A DNA stretch of 63,780 nt, counting the filler, from Actinomycetota bacterium (GTDB lineage Bacteria > Actinomycetota > Acidimicrobiia > IMCC26256 > VFJJ01), in assembly GCA_009886115.1 (NCBI GenBank). It is 4 parts of 4 records of this genome, joined end to end, with 100 filler letters (N's around TTAATTAATTAA, not from the genome) between each part and the next. Parts side by side here need not be neighbours in the genome. Positions count along the whole stretch, not along the records: positions 18,669 to 41,305 come from VFJJ01000025.1; positions 41,406 to 61,701 come from VFJJ01000118.1; 2 more parts are not named here. One strand, written 5' to 3'. The notes beneath the pieces are model-generated. The model worked only from the letters and a program-made list of their open reading frames with translations. It was not told the origin of the DNA and made no database searches. A program made the position numbers and the translations under genes. Below, piece by piece: positions 36,936 through 46,575 of the stretch (the first letter of the stretch is position 1; every line of letters starts with the position of its first letter).

Positions 36936-37397
36936 CTAGGCGGCAACTCGTGAGCGGGCGGTGACGAGTCGGGTCGTGCACACGAGGTGACCGGCCTCGA
37001 CGGTGATGCGGGCGATGCGGCGCCCCTGCGTGGTGAACCACGCATTGAGGTCGTCGACCCACTGGGCGACCATTCGACGCACGTCGGCGGGACGGCCGGC
37101 CAGACCGGGGATGCTCGTGGGCTCGGCCACCAGACGGCCACGTTCGATGCCGATCTCGACCACGAGGGAGGCGATGGCCCGGAGCTTGACCTCGATACGC
37201 TCGTATCCGCTGGCTGAGTCGATCGTTCTGAAGGTTGCCCGGGGTACCACGAAACCACCGGCGACCGGCAGCCAGGTCTGCGCTCCCGGCGCCAGCTCGA
37301 CCCTGTCGGCCCGGCCCTGCACGAAGGCGCTGAGCGGGTCGGGTGCGGTCTCGGGGAGTCGGGGTGGCGTGTGGAGTCGTGCCGTGCGCTGTGCCAT
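36936..37397 (-). CDS. Hypothetical protein
   Basis: 153-aa ORF with GGGAG RBS; no recognised motif. Confidence 0.5.
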   Translation of the reverse strand: MAQRTARLHTPPRLPETAPDPLSAFVQGRADRVELAPGAQTWLPVAGGFVVPRATFRTIDSASGYERIEVKLRAIASLVVEIGIERGRLVAEPTSIPGLAGRPADVRRMVAQWVDDLNAWFTTQGRRIARITVEAGHLVCTTRLVTARSRVAA

Positions 37398-37469
37398 CTG
37401 GTGCTCCCGGAGCGTTGGTCGGCGGCTGCTTGGTCTACCAAGCATACAGTGAGATCTGTCGAGCTGTCG

Positions 37470-38025
37470 ACCCGTGCAACAGGGAGGGTGGCATGTCGGG
37501 GGTCGTTGGCCGGCACGTCCGGGCTCGGAGGCCTGGAGAGGACGAAGAAGGGCTGTTCGGCCGGAGCCGCCGCGATGAAGTCGACGGCCGCTCCGGCGGG
37601 GATCTCGGCGGTGGGTCCGATGAACGACCGTGCCGTGCCGTTCACGTTGAGGGTCGGGTCGACGCCCGTGTACGGGCCAAGCGGACGGTGTTCTGGTCGA
37701 CCCGGGTGTGATGCTCGTAGAGGCCTGTGAGCATCTGCGAGCGGCTCGGACAACACAGCGAGGTGCTCACGTAGAAGCGGTTGAACAGGGTTCCCTGGTC
37801 GACCAGTGCGCTGAACACCGTGGGCATGATCGAACGGTTGAACAACGAGCGCGCCTGGTCGTCCGCAACGATCAGGAGGATGTTCGGCGGCATGGCCGCG
37901 GGCGCAGCCACGGGTTGGCTGTCGGCCGTGGTCTGGTCGGGCGCCAGCGACGGAGCTGCACCCGTGCCCGGCCCGGCGCCCACGAGTGCAGCCATGGTCG
38001 TGACCGCCAACAGCGCCAGAACCAT
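37470..38025 (-). pseudogene. Secreted sulfatase remnant
   Basis: Signal peptide, PNILLIVADDQ, LCCPSRSQMLTGLYEH (formylglycine motif); frameshifts after about 115 aa into DFIAAAPAEQPFF; most of the enzyme is missing. Confidence 0.75.
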
Positions 38026-38127
38026 GCGCCGGAGCCCTGACCCCCGTGCCGGCGCTCGGCGATGCTCGCGGGACCTTGCGTCGGGAACGGGAGCGTGGCG
38101 TGAGCCCCGGGTGGCTGTTGGGTGAAC

Positions 38128-38191
38128 GCCGGCTCGGGCGAATACCGGCTCGCCTCAATGCCGGCTCGGGCGAATACAGGCTCGCATCAGC
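38128..38191. repeat. 32-bp tandem duplication
   Basis: GCCGGCTCGGGCGAATACcGGCTCGCcTCA repeated at 38128 and 38160. Confidence 0.8.
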
Positions 38192-38969
38192 TCATGAACT
38201 CGCCGCCGTTGACGTCGAGGCCGGCTCCGGTGACGACCCGCGAGAGATCGGAGGCGAAGAACACCACGGCGTTGGCGCAGTCGGCGTCGTCGGGGATGAT
38301 CCCGAGCGGGATGTCCTTGGTGATGCCGGCGATGAAATCGTCCTGCGGGATGCCCATCTGGGCCGAGGTGCCCACGACGTAGCCCTCGACCGGCGGTCCC
38401 CACATCCAGCCCATGAACACCTGGTTGACCCGGATCTTGTAGGCCCCGAGCTCCTTCGCCAGCATCTTGGTCGCCGCGGTGAGCGCTCCTTTCGAGGTGG
38501 CGTAGCCCGACTGGTACGGGAGGGGCTTCTTCTGGATCATCGAGTTCACGTTGACGATCGACCCACCGCCCTGGGCCTTCATGGGCGCGATGACGGCCTG
38601 GGTCAGGTTGAGCGACCCGAACAGGTTGACCTCCATCGTGGCGTGCCAGTCGGCCAGATCGGCGTCTTCGAAGAGCGTGAACGCGCCCGGTATGTAGGCG
38701 TTGTTGGCCAGAACGTCGACCCGTCCGAGGGCCTTGACGGTGCCGGCGACGAGCGCCTCGCAGTCGGCCTTGCTCGTGATGTCGGTGCGGAGCAGGTAGG
38801 CCTTGCGGCCGAGGGCCTCGACCTCCGCGGCCGCTTCCTCCAGAGCCGAGACCGTCCGAGCGCCCACCGCCACGTCGGCACCCTCCCGGGCGAACGCCCG
38901 GGCGAGCTCGATCCCGAGGCCGGGCCCGATGCCCGAGACGATGCAGACCTTGCCGTCCAACAATCCCAT
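38187..38969 (-). CDS. SDR family oxidoreductase
   Basis: SGIGPGLG, NNAY, YATSK, VFMGWMWGPPV, LDVNGG. Confidence 0.9.
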   Translation of the reverse strand: MGLLDGKVCIVSGIGPGLGIELARAFAREGADVAVGARTVSALEEAAAEVEALGRKAYLLRTDITSKADCEALVAGTVKALGRVDVLANNAYIPGAFTLFEDADLADWHATMEVNLFGSLNLTQAVIAPMKAQGGGSIVNVNSMIQKKPLPYQSGYATSKGALTAATKMLAKELGAYKIRVNQVFMGWMWGPPVEGYVVGTSAQMGIPQDDFIAGITKDIPLGIIPDDADCANAVVFFASDLSRVVTGAGLDVNGGEFMS

Positions 38970-38972
38970 GGT

Positions 38973-39866
38973 TCAGCTCCCCTGTCCGGTGCTCGTGTCG
39001 TTGTGCGCCTTGGTGTGCATGGCGGTGATGTTGCCGATGAACTGCTCGAGGTTGCTCGTGGCGTACTCGGCGACGCCCAACATGTCCGGCACGTACCACT
39101 CCAGCTGGTCGCCCAGGATGGCGTCGACGATCCCCTGCGCGCACACCTCTGGCGGGAACTTGTCGCCGTCCTTGAAGGCCGCCGGGTCGGAGCCGGGGCG
39201 GTCCCAGATGTCGGTGTCGAACGGGCCGGGGATGACCAACCTCACCCGGAGTGGCGTGTCGTGGAGGTCCATGGCCAGAACCGACGTGAAGCCGGTCAGC
39301 GCGAACTTCGACGCGCAGTAGGCGGATTCCCACAGGATGGGGATGCGCCCGCCGAGCGAGGTGACGTTGACGATCGTCCCCGACCCCCGCTCGAGCCAAC
39401 GGGGCAGCAGCGCCATGGTCATGCGGACGGGCGAGAGGTAGTTGACCCGGGTCGTCTCGTCGAGATCGGCGGCCGTCAAGCGCCTCACGTCTCGTACCTT
39501 GGGGATGGCCGCGTTGTTGACGAGCACGTCGATCCCGCCGAAGGTGTCCCACGCCTCCAGGGCCAGGCTTTCGGCCCGCTCCAGGTCGCCGAGGTCGACG
39601 GTCCACGAGCGGTGCTCGCCAGCGGTCGGCGCCGGTCCGAGCCGGCGGCAGTCGTCGAGCACGCTGACGAGGAGCTCCTCGCGCCGCCCCACGATGCCGA
39701 CGGTCGCGCCCATCTCGGCCAGCTGACGGGCCAGCGCGGCGCCGATCCCCGACGACGCCCCGGTGACGAGGATCCGGCTCCCGGCGATGCTGACGGCAGA
39801 GGCTGCGGCTGCGGCTGCGGCTGCGGCTGATGGAGCCTCGGCCGGTGGGTTCGCTGAGCGCGTCAT
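38973..39866 (-). CDS. SDR family oxidoreductase
   Basis: TGASSGIG, NNAA, YCASK; poly-Ala encoded by (GCAGCC)n near the N-terminus. Confidence 0.9.
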   Translation of the reverse strand: MTRSANPPAEAPSAAAAAAAAASAVSIAGSRILVTGASSGIGAALARQLAEMGATVGIVGRREELLVSVLDDCRRLGPAPTAGEHRSWTVDLGDLERAESLALEAWDTFGGIDVLVNNAAIPKVRDVRRLTAADLDETTRVNYLSPVRMTMALLPRWLERGSGTIVNVTSLGGRIPILWESAYCASKFALTGFTSVLAMDLHDTPLRVRLVIPGPFDTDIWDRPGSDPAAFKDGDKFPPEVCAQGIVDAILGDQLEWYVPDMLGVAEYATSNLEQFIGNITAMHTKAHNDTSTGQGS

Positions 39867-40017
39867 GGTGGCGGACGATACTCCTGGCCCAGACTCCGTC
39901 GCCGGTGTGGCAGGCTCTCGGCTCGTGGCGAGCTGTCTCCCTGAGTGGTCGCAGGTCCGAGGTTTCACCCGAGCCGCGCTCCAGTGGTGCCCGGCGCATG
40001 CCGATGGCGTCGACGGC

Positions 40018-40401
40018 ATGGATCCGAGCAGCCGCTTCGCGGCCTACGTGGGGCGGGTCGAGCACATCCGACCGCGTTCGAGCCGCCTGCTCCGGGTGGC
40101 CGGGCGAGAGATCGCCGTGTTCGCCGTCGACGGTGAGTTCCTCGCCATCGACAACGCCTGCCCGCACTACGGTGCGAGCCTCGTCGAAGGGCGGGTGCGC
40201 AACGGGAGCGTCCTGTGCCCCTGGCACGGCTGGAACGTCAGCCTCAGGACGGGCGAGTGCTTCGAGGCCCGGTACCGTCCGGCCGAGACCTACCCGACCG
40301 AGGTCCGCACCGGTCAGCTCTTCGTGCTCGTGCCGGGGAGCCTCCCGCCGCCCGCACCCTTCGAGCCCGTCGAGATCACCATCCGCCGTGGCGTGCACTG
40401 A
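40018..40401 (+). CDS. Rieske (2Fe-2S) ferredoxin (NirD-like)
   Basis: AIDNACPHYGASL...CPWHGW. Confidence 0.85.
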   Translation: MDPSSRFAAYVGRVEHIRPRSSRLLRVAGREIAVFAVDGEFLAIDNACPHYGASLVEGRVRNGSVLCPWHGWNVSLRTGECFEARYRPAETYPTEVRTGQLFVLVPGSLPPPAPFEPVEITIRRGVH

Positions 40402-40450
40402 GTCGTCGGTTCGCGTGAGCGTCTGACGCTCGCGACGCGCCCGCGATTCG

Positions 40451-40506
40451 GACATCGGATGTGGGACATCGGGCATCGGATGTGGGGCATCGGATGTGGG
40501 GCATCG
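40451..40506. repeat. Short tandem repeats of CATCGGATGTGGG(G/A)
   Basis: Three copies visible in the intergenic region. Confidence 0.7.
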
Positions 40507-40859
40507 CTGCTGGCGGCCTGGCCTGGTGCGCCGGTTCCCAGTCCCTGAGTCGATTCCGCCGGATCGGCGTCGGACGCGACGGCGCTGTTCGACGCCATGG
40601 ACGCGGAGCTCGAAAGGGCGCCGCGCCGGCCGAGTTGCACCGATGCGCAGCGCATCTCCCCGCTCGGAGCACTCGCTCCCGTGGGCGCAGGCGATCGAGC
40701 CATGGTGGCGATGGCGAAGCTCAGCCGGAACCGGTCCCACCGGCTCAGCGCTCATTGCCTCGACGGTCCGTGGTGCGGCACTCTGTCGCGTGCAGGAAGT
40801 CGGCACCGCGGCCGCGACCCACGGCACCGACAGACCCTTCTCTCCTGGGAGGACACGGC

Positions 40860-41219
40860 ATGAACGGCACGCGTCTGGCCCGGTGGCTCGGCTCTCCGCA
40901 ACCGCGAGACGTGTCGCGAACCGTGACGTCGCCCGAAGGAGAGCGCTTCGTCATCGAGGTCTGGAGCCCTCTGGCTGAGGCTTCCAGCGTGCCGCTCGTC
41001 GACCTGCTCCAGGTCGCATTCCACGCACTGTTCGGATGGACCCTGGCGATCAAGCGATCACCGGTCCGGCCATTGAGACCTGGGTGGTGCGTGCATCGCG
41101 AGCGACATCGATCGAGACGGATCGCCCTCGAACGACTCGATCACTGCGCACGGGCGATCTCGGACGGATCGATGACGTTCGGGCGATCATCTCCGCCCGG
41201 CGTCGTGTACGGAGGATGA
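40860..41219 (+). CDS. Hypothetical protein
   Basis: GGAGGA RBS before ATG; 119 aa; no recognised motif. Confidence 0.45.
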   Translation: MNGTRLARWLGSPQPRDVSRTVTSPEGERFVIEVWSPLAEASSVPLVDLLQVAFHALFGWTLAIKRSPVRPLRPGWCVHRERHRSRRIALERLDHCARAISDGSMTFGRSSPPGVVYGG

Positions 41220-41305
41220 TCCGGAGGAGCACCGATCCGTCGATCCCGAGGTCTGCCGAGCCCGGCTGACCGCGGTGGTCATCGGTCGGTAACGGGGACG
41301 AAACA

Positions 41306-41405
41306 NNNNNNNNNNNNNNNNNNNNNNNNNNNNNNNNNNNNNNNNNNNNTTAATTAATTAANNNNNNNNNNNNNNNNNNNNNNNNNNNNNNNNNNNNNNN
41401 NNNNN
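41306..41405. other. Artificial contig linker
   Basis: N-run containing TTAATTAATTAA. Confidence 0.98.
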
Positions 41406-41407
41406 AA

Positions 41408-41545
41408 GGCGTCGAGCTTCCCGTCGACGATCGCCCGGTACCGCACACGCCATGGGATCCAGCGCTGCGCGAGCTCTTCGCGCAGACCCGTCGCGTCGTG
41501 CACGAGGAGCGCCTGCTCGCCGAGCTCCTCGCCGTAGCCGACTGA
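41408..41545 (+). CDS. C-terminal fragment of an unidentified gene at the contig start
   Basis: GVELPVDDRPVPHTPWDPALRELFAQTRRVVHEERLLAELLAVAD*. Confidence 0.45.
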   Translation, partial: GVELPVDDRPVPHTPWDPALRELFAQTRRVVHEERLLAELLAVAD

Positions 41546-41820
41546 GCACGCTCAGGATCCAACGTCCACAGCAGCCCGTGGATCTGGAGTCGACACCGAG
41601 CTCGCCTGCGAGCCCGTACGCGTGGAACGCGCCATCCGCCGCCGCAAGCGACAGCTCAGCAAGGGGTCGAAAGTCTCAACAGTTGGGCCATGAGTCCGGC
41701 GATCGGAAGGTCCAGGATCTGTACCGTTCACCACGGTGACGTGGAGATCTCCATTGTCTCGGCACGATCTGCTCTGGTATCGGCCGACTCAACCACAGCC
41801 AGAAGTCGAGAAGGAATACG

Positions 41821-42588
41821 ATGCGATACTCCCGATCATTGCACTCGGCGGCAGCGGTTGCGACGGTTCTTCTGCTGGCCGTCGCGTGCGGTGACGATGA
41901 CGAGGAGTCCTTCGGTTCGGCCACGACCGCAGCGCCGACATCGGCGGCGGCGACGACACCGACGACTGTGACACTGAGACAGCCCACGCCGTCGGACACG
42001 GCGGCGACATCGTCGGCGGCCGCGTCAACGACTCCCGAGACGAACGGCGCGCTTCTCCTTCGAGGTGACGGCTTGAGCGTGGTGAGCTTCGGCGACGATG
42101 CCGACGAGACGATTGCGGTACTCACCGATATCCTCGGGCCGTCCGACGACGACACCGGCTGGATCAGTCCGTTCAACCAGTTCGGCACATGCGCCGGAGA
42201 CTCCTACCGCGCGGTCCGATGGAAGAGCCTCCGCGTCGAACTCCTCGACGGTGCCATCTCGCTCACCGGAACCGGCGAGAGCGAGGGGCGGCAGTTCCGT
42301 GGGTACCATGACGCGCTCTGGCACCCGGGGTTCGATCATGCGGATCCACCCACGCTGATCACGACGGAGCCACTCGGGCTCTTCACGGCCGATGGGTTCG
42401 GGCTCGGAACAACCGTCGCCGAGCTCCACGCACTTCCTGACGGCACGACGACCATCACCGACTCCCCGTACACCGGCCCGGCCGCGCAGATGCAGACCCC
42501 GGCGGGCAACCTGATCGGCTACCTGACCGGCATCGACGACACCGCGACCGTTCGAGGTATAGAAGCCGGGTCCGCGTGCGGTGAGTGA
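41821..42588 (+). CDS. Putative lipoprotein
   Basis: Lipobox LLAVAC, Thr/Ala-rich linker, C-terminal domain with two Cys residues. Confidence 0.75.
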   Translation: MRYSRSLHSAAAVATVLLLAVACGDDDEESFGSATTAAPTSAAATTPTTVTLRQPTPSDTAATSSAAASTTPETNGALLLRGDGLSVVSFGDDADETIAVLTDILGPSDDDTGWISPFNQFGTCAGDSYRAVRWKSLRVELLDGAISLTGTGESEGRQFRGYHDALWHPGFDHADPPTLITTEPLGLFTADGFGLGTTVAELHALPDGTTTITDSPYTGPAAQMQTPAGNLIGYLTGIDDTATVRGIEAGSACGE

Positions 42589-42597
42589 GCAGGCACG

Positions 42598-43649
42598 ATG
42601 ACGATCCCTCTCGGCAAGCTCGCTGTGGTGCATCCTCTTCGCGGATTGCCGTGGGCATCGCGAGCGCGCCAAACGGGCCGTTCCCGCGCACCCGTCGCCC
42701 TCGTCGTGGCTGTGGCGGCACTCGGTGCGTGCGGAGGCGACGGCGGGTAAACGATCACATCGGTTGCACCACCGTCGCGGCCCACCGCAGCAGCACCGCC
42801 GGCGGAAGCGTCGATACCACCCTCGACGACCGCGAGCGCCACCGCTCCGACTGCGACGACGCGTCCTCCGACTCCGACGAGTGACTTCTCCACGATCACG
42901 ACCGGGCCGCGACCGGCCACCTCCGAGCGATCCTGGGAGCGGTTCGAGGAGGCGATACGCAGCGCGCGTGAGACGATCGAGCAACAGATCGCGGAGGTCG
43001 AACGGCGACTGTCGACCGGCGAGGACCTTCCGGACACCTTGAAGTACGGCGGAGCCGGGGACCTCGATCCGGTCTTCGATGCCCTACCGCTCGGGATGCC
43101 CGCAACCGCCAAGCCCGCCGTGTTCCAGGTGCTCGACGACCTCGGCCTCCTTGCAGCACCGTTCGTGGTTCCGTCCGGATGGAACGCTACGGAGTGGCCG
43201 AAATACACATCAGACATCGAGGCGGCCCGGGCCCGCTTCGACGCCGACCTCGAAGCGCTCGCCCCGCGGGACTCATACCCTCACTCACCACCACGACTGC
43301 GCCGACCCCGCCGGAGGCGGGGTCGGAAGCCGAGGCGCTGGCGATCGTCGAGAACCGGGCGTAGCGCCTGCAGACCCTCTGGCGGCACCCGGTCGCCGGC
43401 GTCACCGTCCGCTGGACCGGCGCCGTGCCACCCGCGGGGTTCTGTGCCATCAACGGGCCGATCGTCGTCATGCCGTTCGCACCAGAAGTGGGGAGCTGCG
43501 GGATCGTGTGGATCGGTCTCACGGACGACGAAGTCGACACCATCGTCACGGCTCGGAACGAGGATCCCCGTACTGATCCAGGACCGGCCATCGCTTTCAC
43601 CGCCACCCCTGGCGGCGGCTTGTGGACCATCGACTTCAACGCGGGCTGA
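42598..43649 (+). pseudogene. Disrupted putative lipoprotein
   Basis: VAALGAC-GGDGG followed by TAA (42748); the frame continues through a Pro/Thr linker; likely frameshift near 43270 and TAG at 43362. Confidence 0.55.
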
Positions 43650-43887
43650 CCGGCGTCACGAGAACTCGATCCCAGTGACCGCGTACCAGCCGAGCAGGCA
43701 GGCGCCCGCCCGCGTCCTCGAGGCCCGTGTGGCGGGGCGTCCGTTGCGCCCTGGGATCGCCGGCGGGGACGATGCTCGGCACATCGACGGTCGGTTGCCC
43801 TACGGTTCGGGGCCGCAGGGCCCGCCGCTGCGGCAGGCCACGGCCAGGTCGTCGGCACCGGGGCCGTCGTCGTCGAAGGAGACCAAC

Positions 43888-45081
43888 ATGTTGACCAGCT
43901 TCAACGAGGCGTTAGGATTGGCCGACGACGTGCTCGTCATCGACACCGACACGCACCTCACCGAGCCCCGCGACCTGTGGACGTCACGGGCCCCGGCGAA
44001 GTATGCCGACCGCGTGCCACGCGTCGAGGTCGTCGACGGCCGTGACACCTGGGTGTTCGACGGGAAGGTGATGGGCATGGCCGGCTCGGCCTCCGCGGTC
44101 GACCTGGCCGGTACCAAGAAGTTCGGCATGAGCTTCATGAGCGACGGTTTCGACGAGATCCACCGCGGGGCGTGGGACGTGACCGCCCGGGTCGAGCTCA
44201 TGGACCAGCTCGGTATCTGGGCGCAGATCGTCTACCCGAACACGTTCGGCTTCGGCGGACAGAAGTTCATCGAGATCGCCGACGCCGATCTGCGCCTCGC
44301 TGCCGTGCAGATCTTCAACGACGCCTCGGCCGACATGCAGGAGACCTCAGGCAACCGGATGTTCGGCATGGCGATCACTCCGTGGTGGGACGTCGACGCG
44401 GCGGTGAACGAGGTCCGGCGCAGCGCGGCGATGGGCCTCCGGGGCGTCAACTCCGCTACCGGTCCGCACCTGCACGGTCTCCCCGACCTCGGAGAGGCCT
44501 ACTGGGACCCGTTCTGGGACGTGTGCGCCGAGCTCGAGATGCCCGTCAACTTCCACATCGGCGCCAGTAGCGACACCATGTCGTGGTTCGGCACCTCGCC
44601 CTGGCCGTCGCACGACATGGACCACCGTCTTGCCATCGGCTCGGCCATGATGTACCTGTCGAACGGCTCGGTGATGGCCAACCTGATCTTCAGTGGCGTG
44701 CTCGAGCGCCATCCGACGGTGCAGTTCGTGTCGGTCGAGAGCGGTGTCGGCTGGATCCCGTTCTTCCTGCGCTCGCTCGACTACCAGCAGCAGCAGAGCA
44801 CCCCGGGCACCTACGGCACCAAGTTCTCGCTCACGCCCACCGAGTACTTCCAGCGTCAGATGCACGCCTGCTTCTGGTTCGAGGACACGGGCATCGCGGC
44901 GGCGGTCGAGGCCCTCGGCGACACGAACGTCATGTTCGAGACCGACTACCCGCACCCGACGTGCCTGTACCCCGACAGCCTGCCCATGGCCGCCAAGGCC
45001 ATCGGGGAGCTGTCCGAGACGAGCCGTCGCCGGGTCATGGGCGACAACGCCGCCCGTCTCTACCGCCTGCCGCTTCCGTGA
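43888..45081 (+). CDS. Amidohydrolase_2 family protein
   Basis: IDTDTHLTEP, PVNFHIG, FVSVESGVGW, MFETDYPHP; AAGGAG RBS. Confidence 0.9.
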   Translation: MLTSFNEALGLADDVLVIDTDTHLTEPRDLWTSRAPAKYADRVPRVEVVDGRDTWVFDGKVMGMAGSASAVDLAGTKKFGMSFMSDGFDEIHRGAWDVTARVELMDQLGIWAQIVYPNTFGFGGQKFIEIADADLRLAAVQIFNDASADMQETSGNRMFGMAITPWWDVDAAVNEVRRSAAMGLRGVNSATGPHLHGLPDLGEAYWDPFWDVCAELEMPVNFHIGASSDTMSWFGTSPWPSHDMDHRLAIGSAMMYLSNGSVMANLIFSGVLERHPTVQFVSVESGVGWIPFFLRSLDYQQQQSTPGTYGTKFSLTPTEYFQRQMHACFWFEDTGIAAAVEALGDTNVMFETDYPHPTCLYPDSLPMAAKAIGELSETSRRRVMGDNAARLYRLPLP

Positions 45082-45170
45082 CCACGGCTCGTTGACGACC
45101 GTCCCACCGTCACCGTCACCAGACACCAACACCGACACCAAACGTCGACAAACGCCATCAAGGAGCACAC

Positions 45171-46199
45171 ATGAAGACCGCACGACTCGTCGACGGGGAG
45201 CTCCTCATCCAGGATCTGCCGGTGCCCGAGCCCGGTGCCGAGGAGGCCCGCATCCGCATCACGGCCTCGGGGGTGTGTCACTCCGACCTCCACATCGTGC
45301 GCGGTGATTGGCTCGGCGTCCCTCGCAGCGGGGCGATCGGCCACGAGGCCATCGGGATCGTCGAGGCGCTCGGGGCCGGTGCCGAGCGGTTCGTCGCCGT
45401 CGGCGACCGGGTGATCCTCGGGCTCGGCGGTGCGGGTGGCGGGTACTGGTGCGGAGCCTGCGAGTACTGCCTGAAGGGCCAGACCCGGCACTGCCCGCAG
45501 ACCAAGGCCCTCATGGGAACCTTCGCCGAGCAGTTCTGCGTGTGGGCGCCCGCACTCGTCCAGATCCCCGACCACATCGGCGACCACGAGGCCCCGCTGG
45601 CCTGTGGCGGGCTCACGGCCTACGGCGCGGTGAAGAAGCTCCTGAAGCACCAGGTGCCGCCGGGACGTCCGATCGCCGTGATCGGCGCCGCCGGCGGTCT
45701 CGGCCACTACGCGGTGCAGATCGCCACGGCGTTCGGCTACCGCGTCGTCGGCGTCGACATCGGCGAGGACCGTCTCGAGTTCGTCCGGTCGCTCGGCGCC
45801 GAGCGGGCCGTGGGCCCCGACGAGGCCGCGAAGGTCGCCATGGACGACTTCGGGGGCTGCGACGCCGCGCTGGTCTTCTCGGCCAAGCTCGCCGGCTTCT
45901 CGCTCGGGCTCCAGATGCTGCGCCGTGGCGGCCTGTTCGTCGCCGTGGGCCTTCCCGCGTCGAGCGAGGGCAACCTCTCGATCAACCCGTTCGAGTTCTT
46001 CTTCAAGGACCCGACGCTCATCTACTCGGCGGTCGGCACGGTGCAGGACATGCGCGAGCTCGTCGCCCTCGTGGCTGCCGGTCGGGTGAAGAGCCACGTC
46101 TCGCGCACCGGGGCGCTCTCGGAGCTACCGGCGATCTTCGACGAGCTCGAAGCCGGCAAGTATCTCGGCCGCGCCGTCGTCACCGACATGGGCCACTGA
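45171..46199 (+). CDS. Zinc-dependent alcohol dehydrogenase
   Basis: GVCHSDLH, GHEAIG, CGACEYC, GAAGGLG. Confidence 0.95.
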   Translation: MKTARLVDGELLIQDLPVPEPGAEEARIRITASGVCHSDLHIVRGDWLGVPRSGAIGHEAIGIVEALGAGAERFVAVGDRVILGLGGAGGGYWCGACEYCLKGQTRHCPQTKALMGTFAEQFCVWAPALVQIPDHIGDHEAPLACGGLTAYGAVKKLLKHQVPPGRPIAVIGAAGGLGHYAVQIATAFGYRVVGVDIGEDRLEFVRSLGAERAVGPDEAAKVAMDDFGGCDAALVFSAKLAGFSLGLQMLRRGGLFVAVGLPASSEGNLSINPFEFFFKDPTLIYSAVGTVQDMRELVALVAAGRVKSHVSRTGALSELPAIFDELEAGKYLGRAVVTDMGH

Positions 46200-46383
46200 C
46201 CGCGAGCGTGGCAGGACCGCTCTGGCGGCGGCCCAGCTCGTGCTGTTCGACCGACCCGCCCGGGCGGCCAGTGGCCAGTGGCCAGTAGCCGGTGGCCAGT
46301 AGCGTTGGGCGACATGGCCATTCGACGACATGGCAGCCGTACCCTGGCGTTCGCCGTCGCCGAGAGCCTGCCCTTCGCCGGAC

Positions 46384-46429
46384 TTCCGGCCCGTGACCGC
46401 CGACGACCCCGCGGGCTTCTGCGCCTGAC
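46384..46429 (+). repeat. Left copy of a 46-bp imperfect direct repeat (partner at 49981-50026)
   Basis: TTCCGGCCCGTGACCGCCGACGACCCCGCGGGCTTCTGCGCCTGAC; 41/46 identical by hand alignment. Confidence 0.8.
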
Positions 46430-46575
46430 GAATGGCCGTCGCCGCGAGCGAGCGACGCGACGCGTGATCGCCCTGCAGCTGCGAGGGCACGAGCCGGATG
46501 GTCGACGATGACATGATCAATGGCGGGAGACGCATCTGATGTGCGGTCACCACCGACAGCGACAGAGGGGATTCC

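Noticed and set aside
38155..40827. Very long alternative-frame ORFs (e.g. 890 aa here, 658 aa at 24129-26105, 636 aa at 13072-14982)
   Set aside because: Arg/Pro/Gly-rich shadow frames overlapping well-supported genes, as expected in high-GC DNA.
43039..45081. 680-aa ORF as a novel fusion protein (likewise 954 aa at 51267-54131 and 909 aa at 33883-36612)
   Set aside because: The recognisable domains start at internal start codons; the extensions are chance open frames through pseudogene, intergenic or overlapping DNA.
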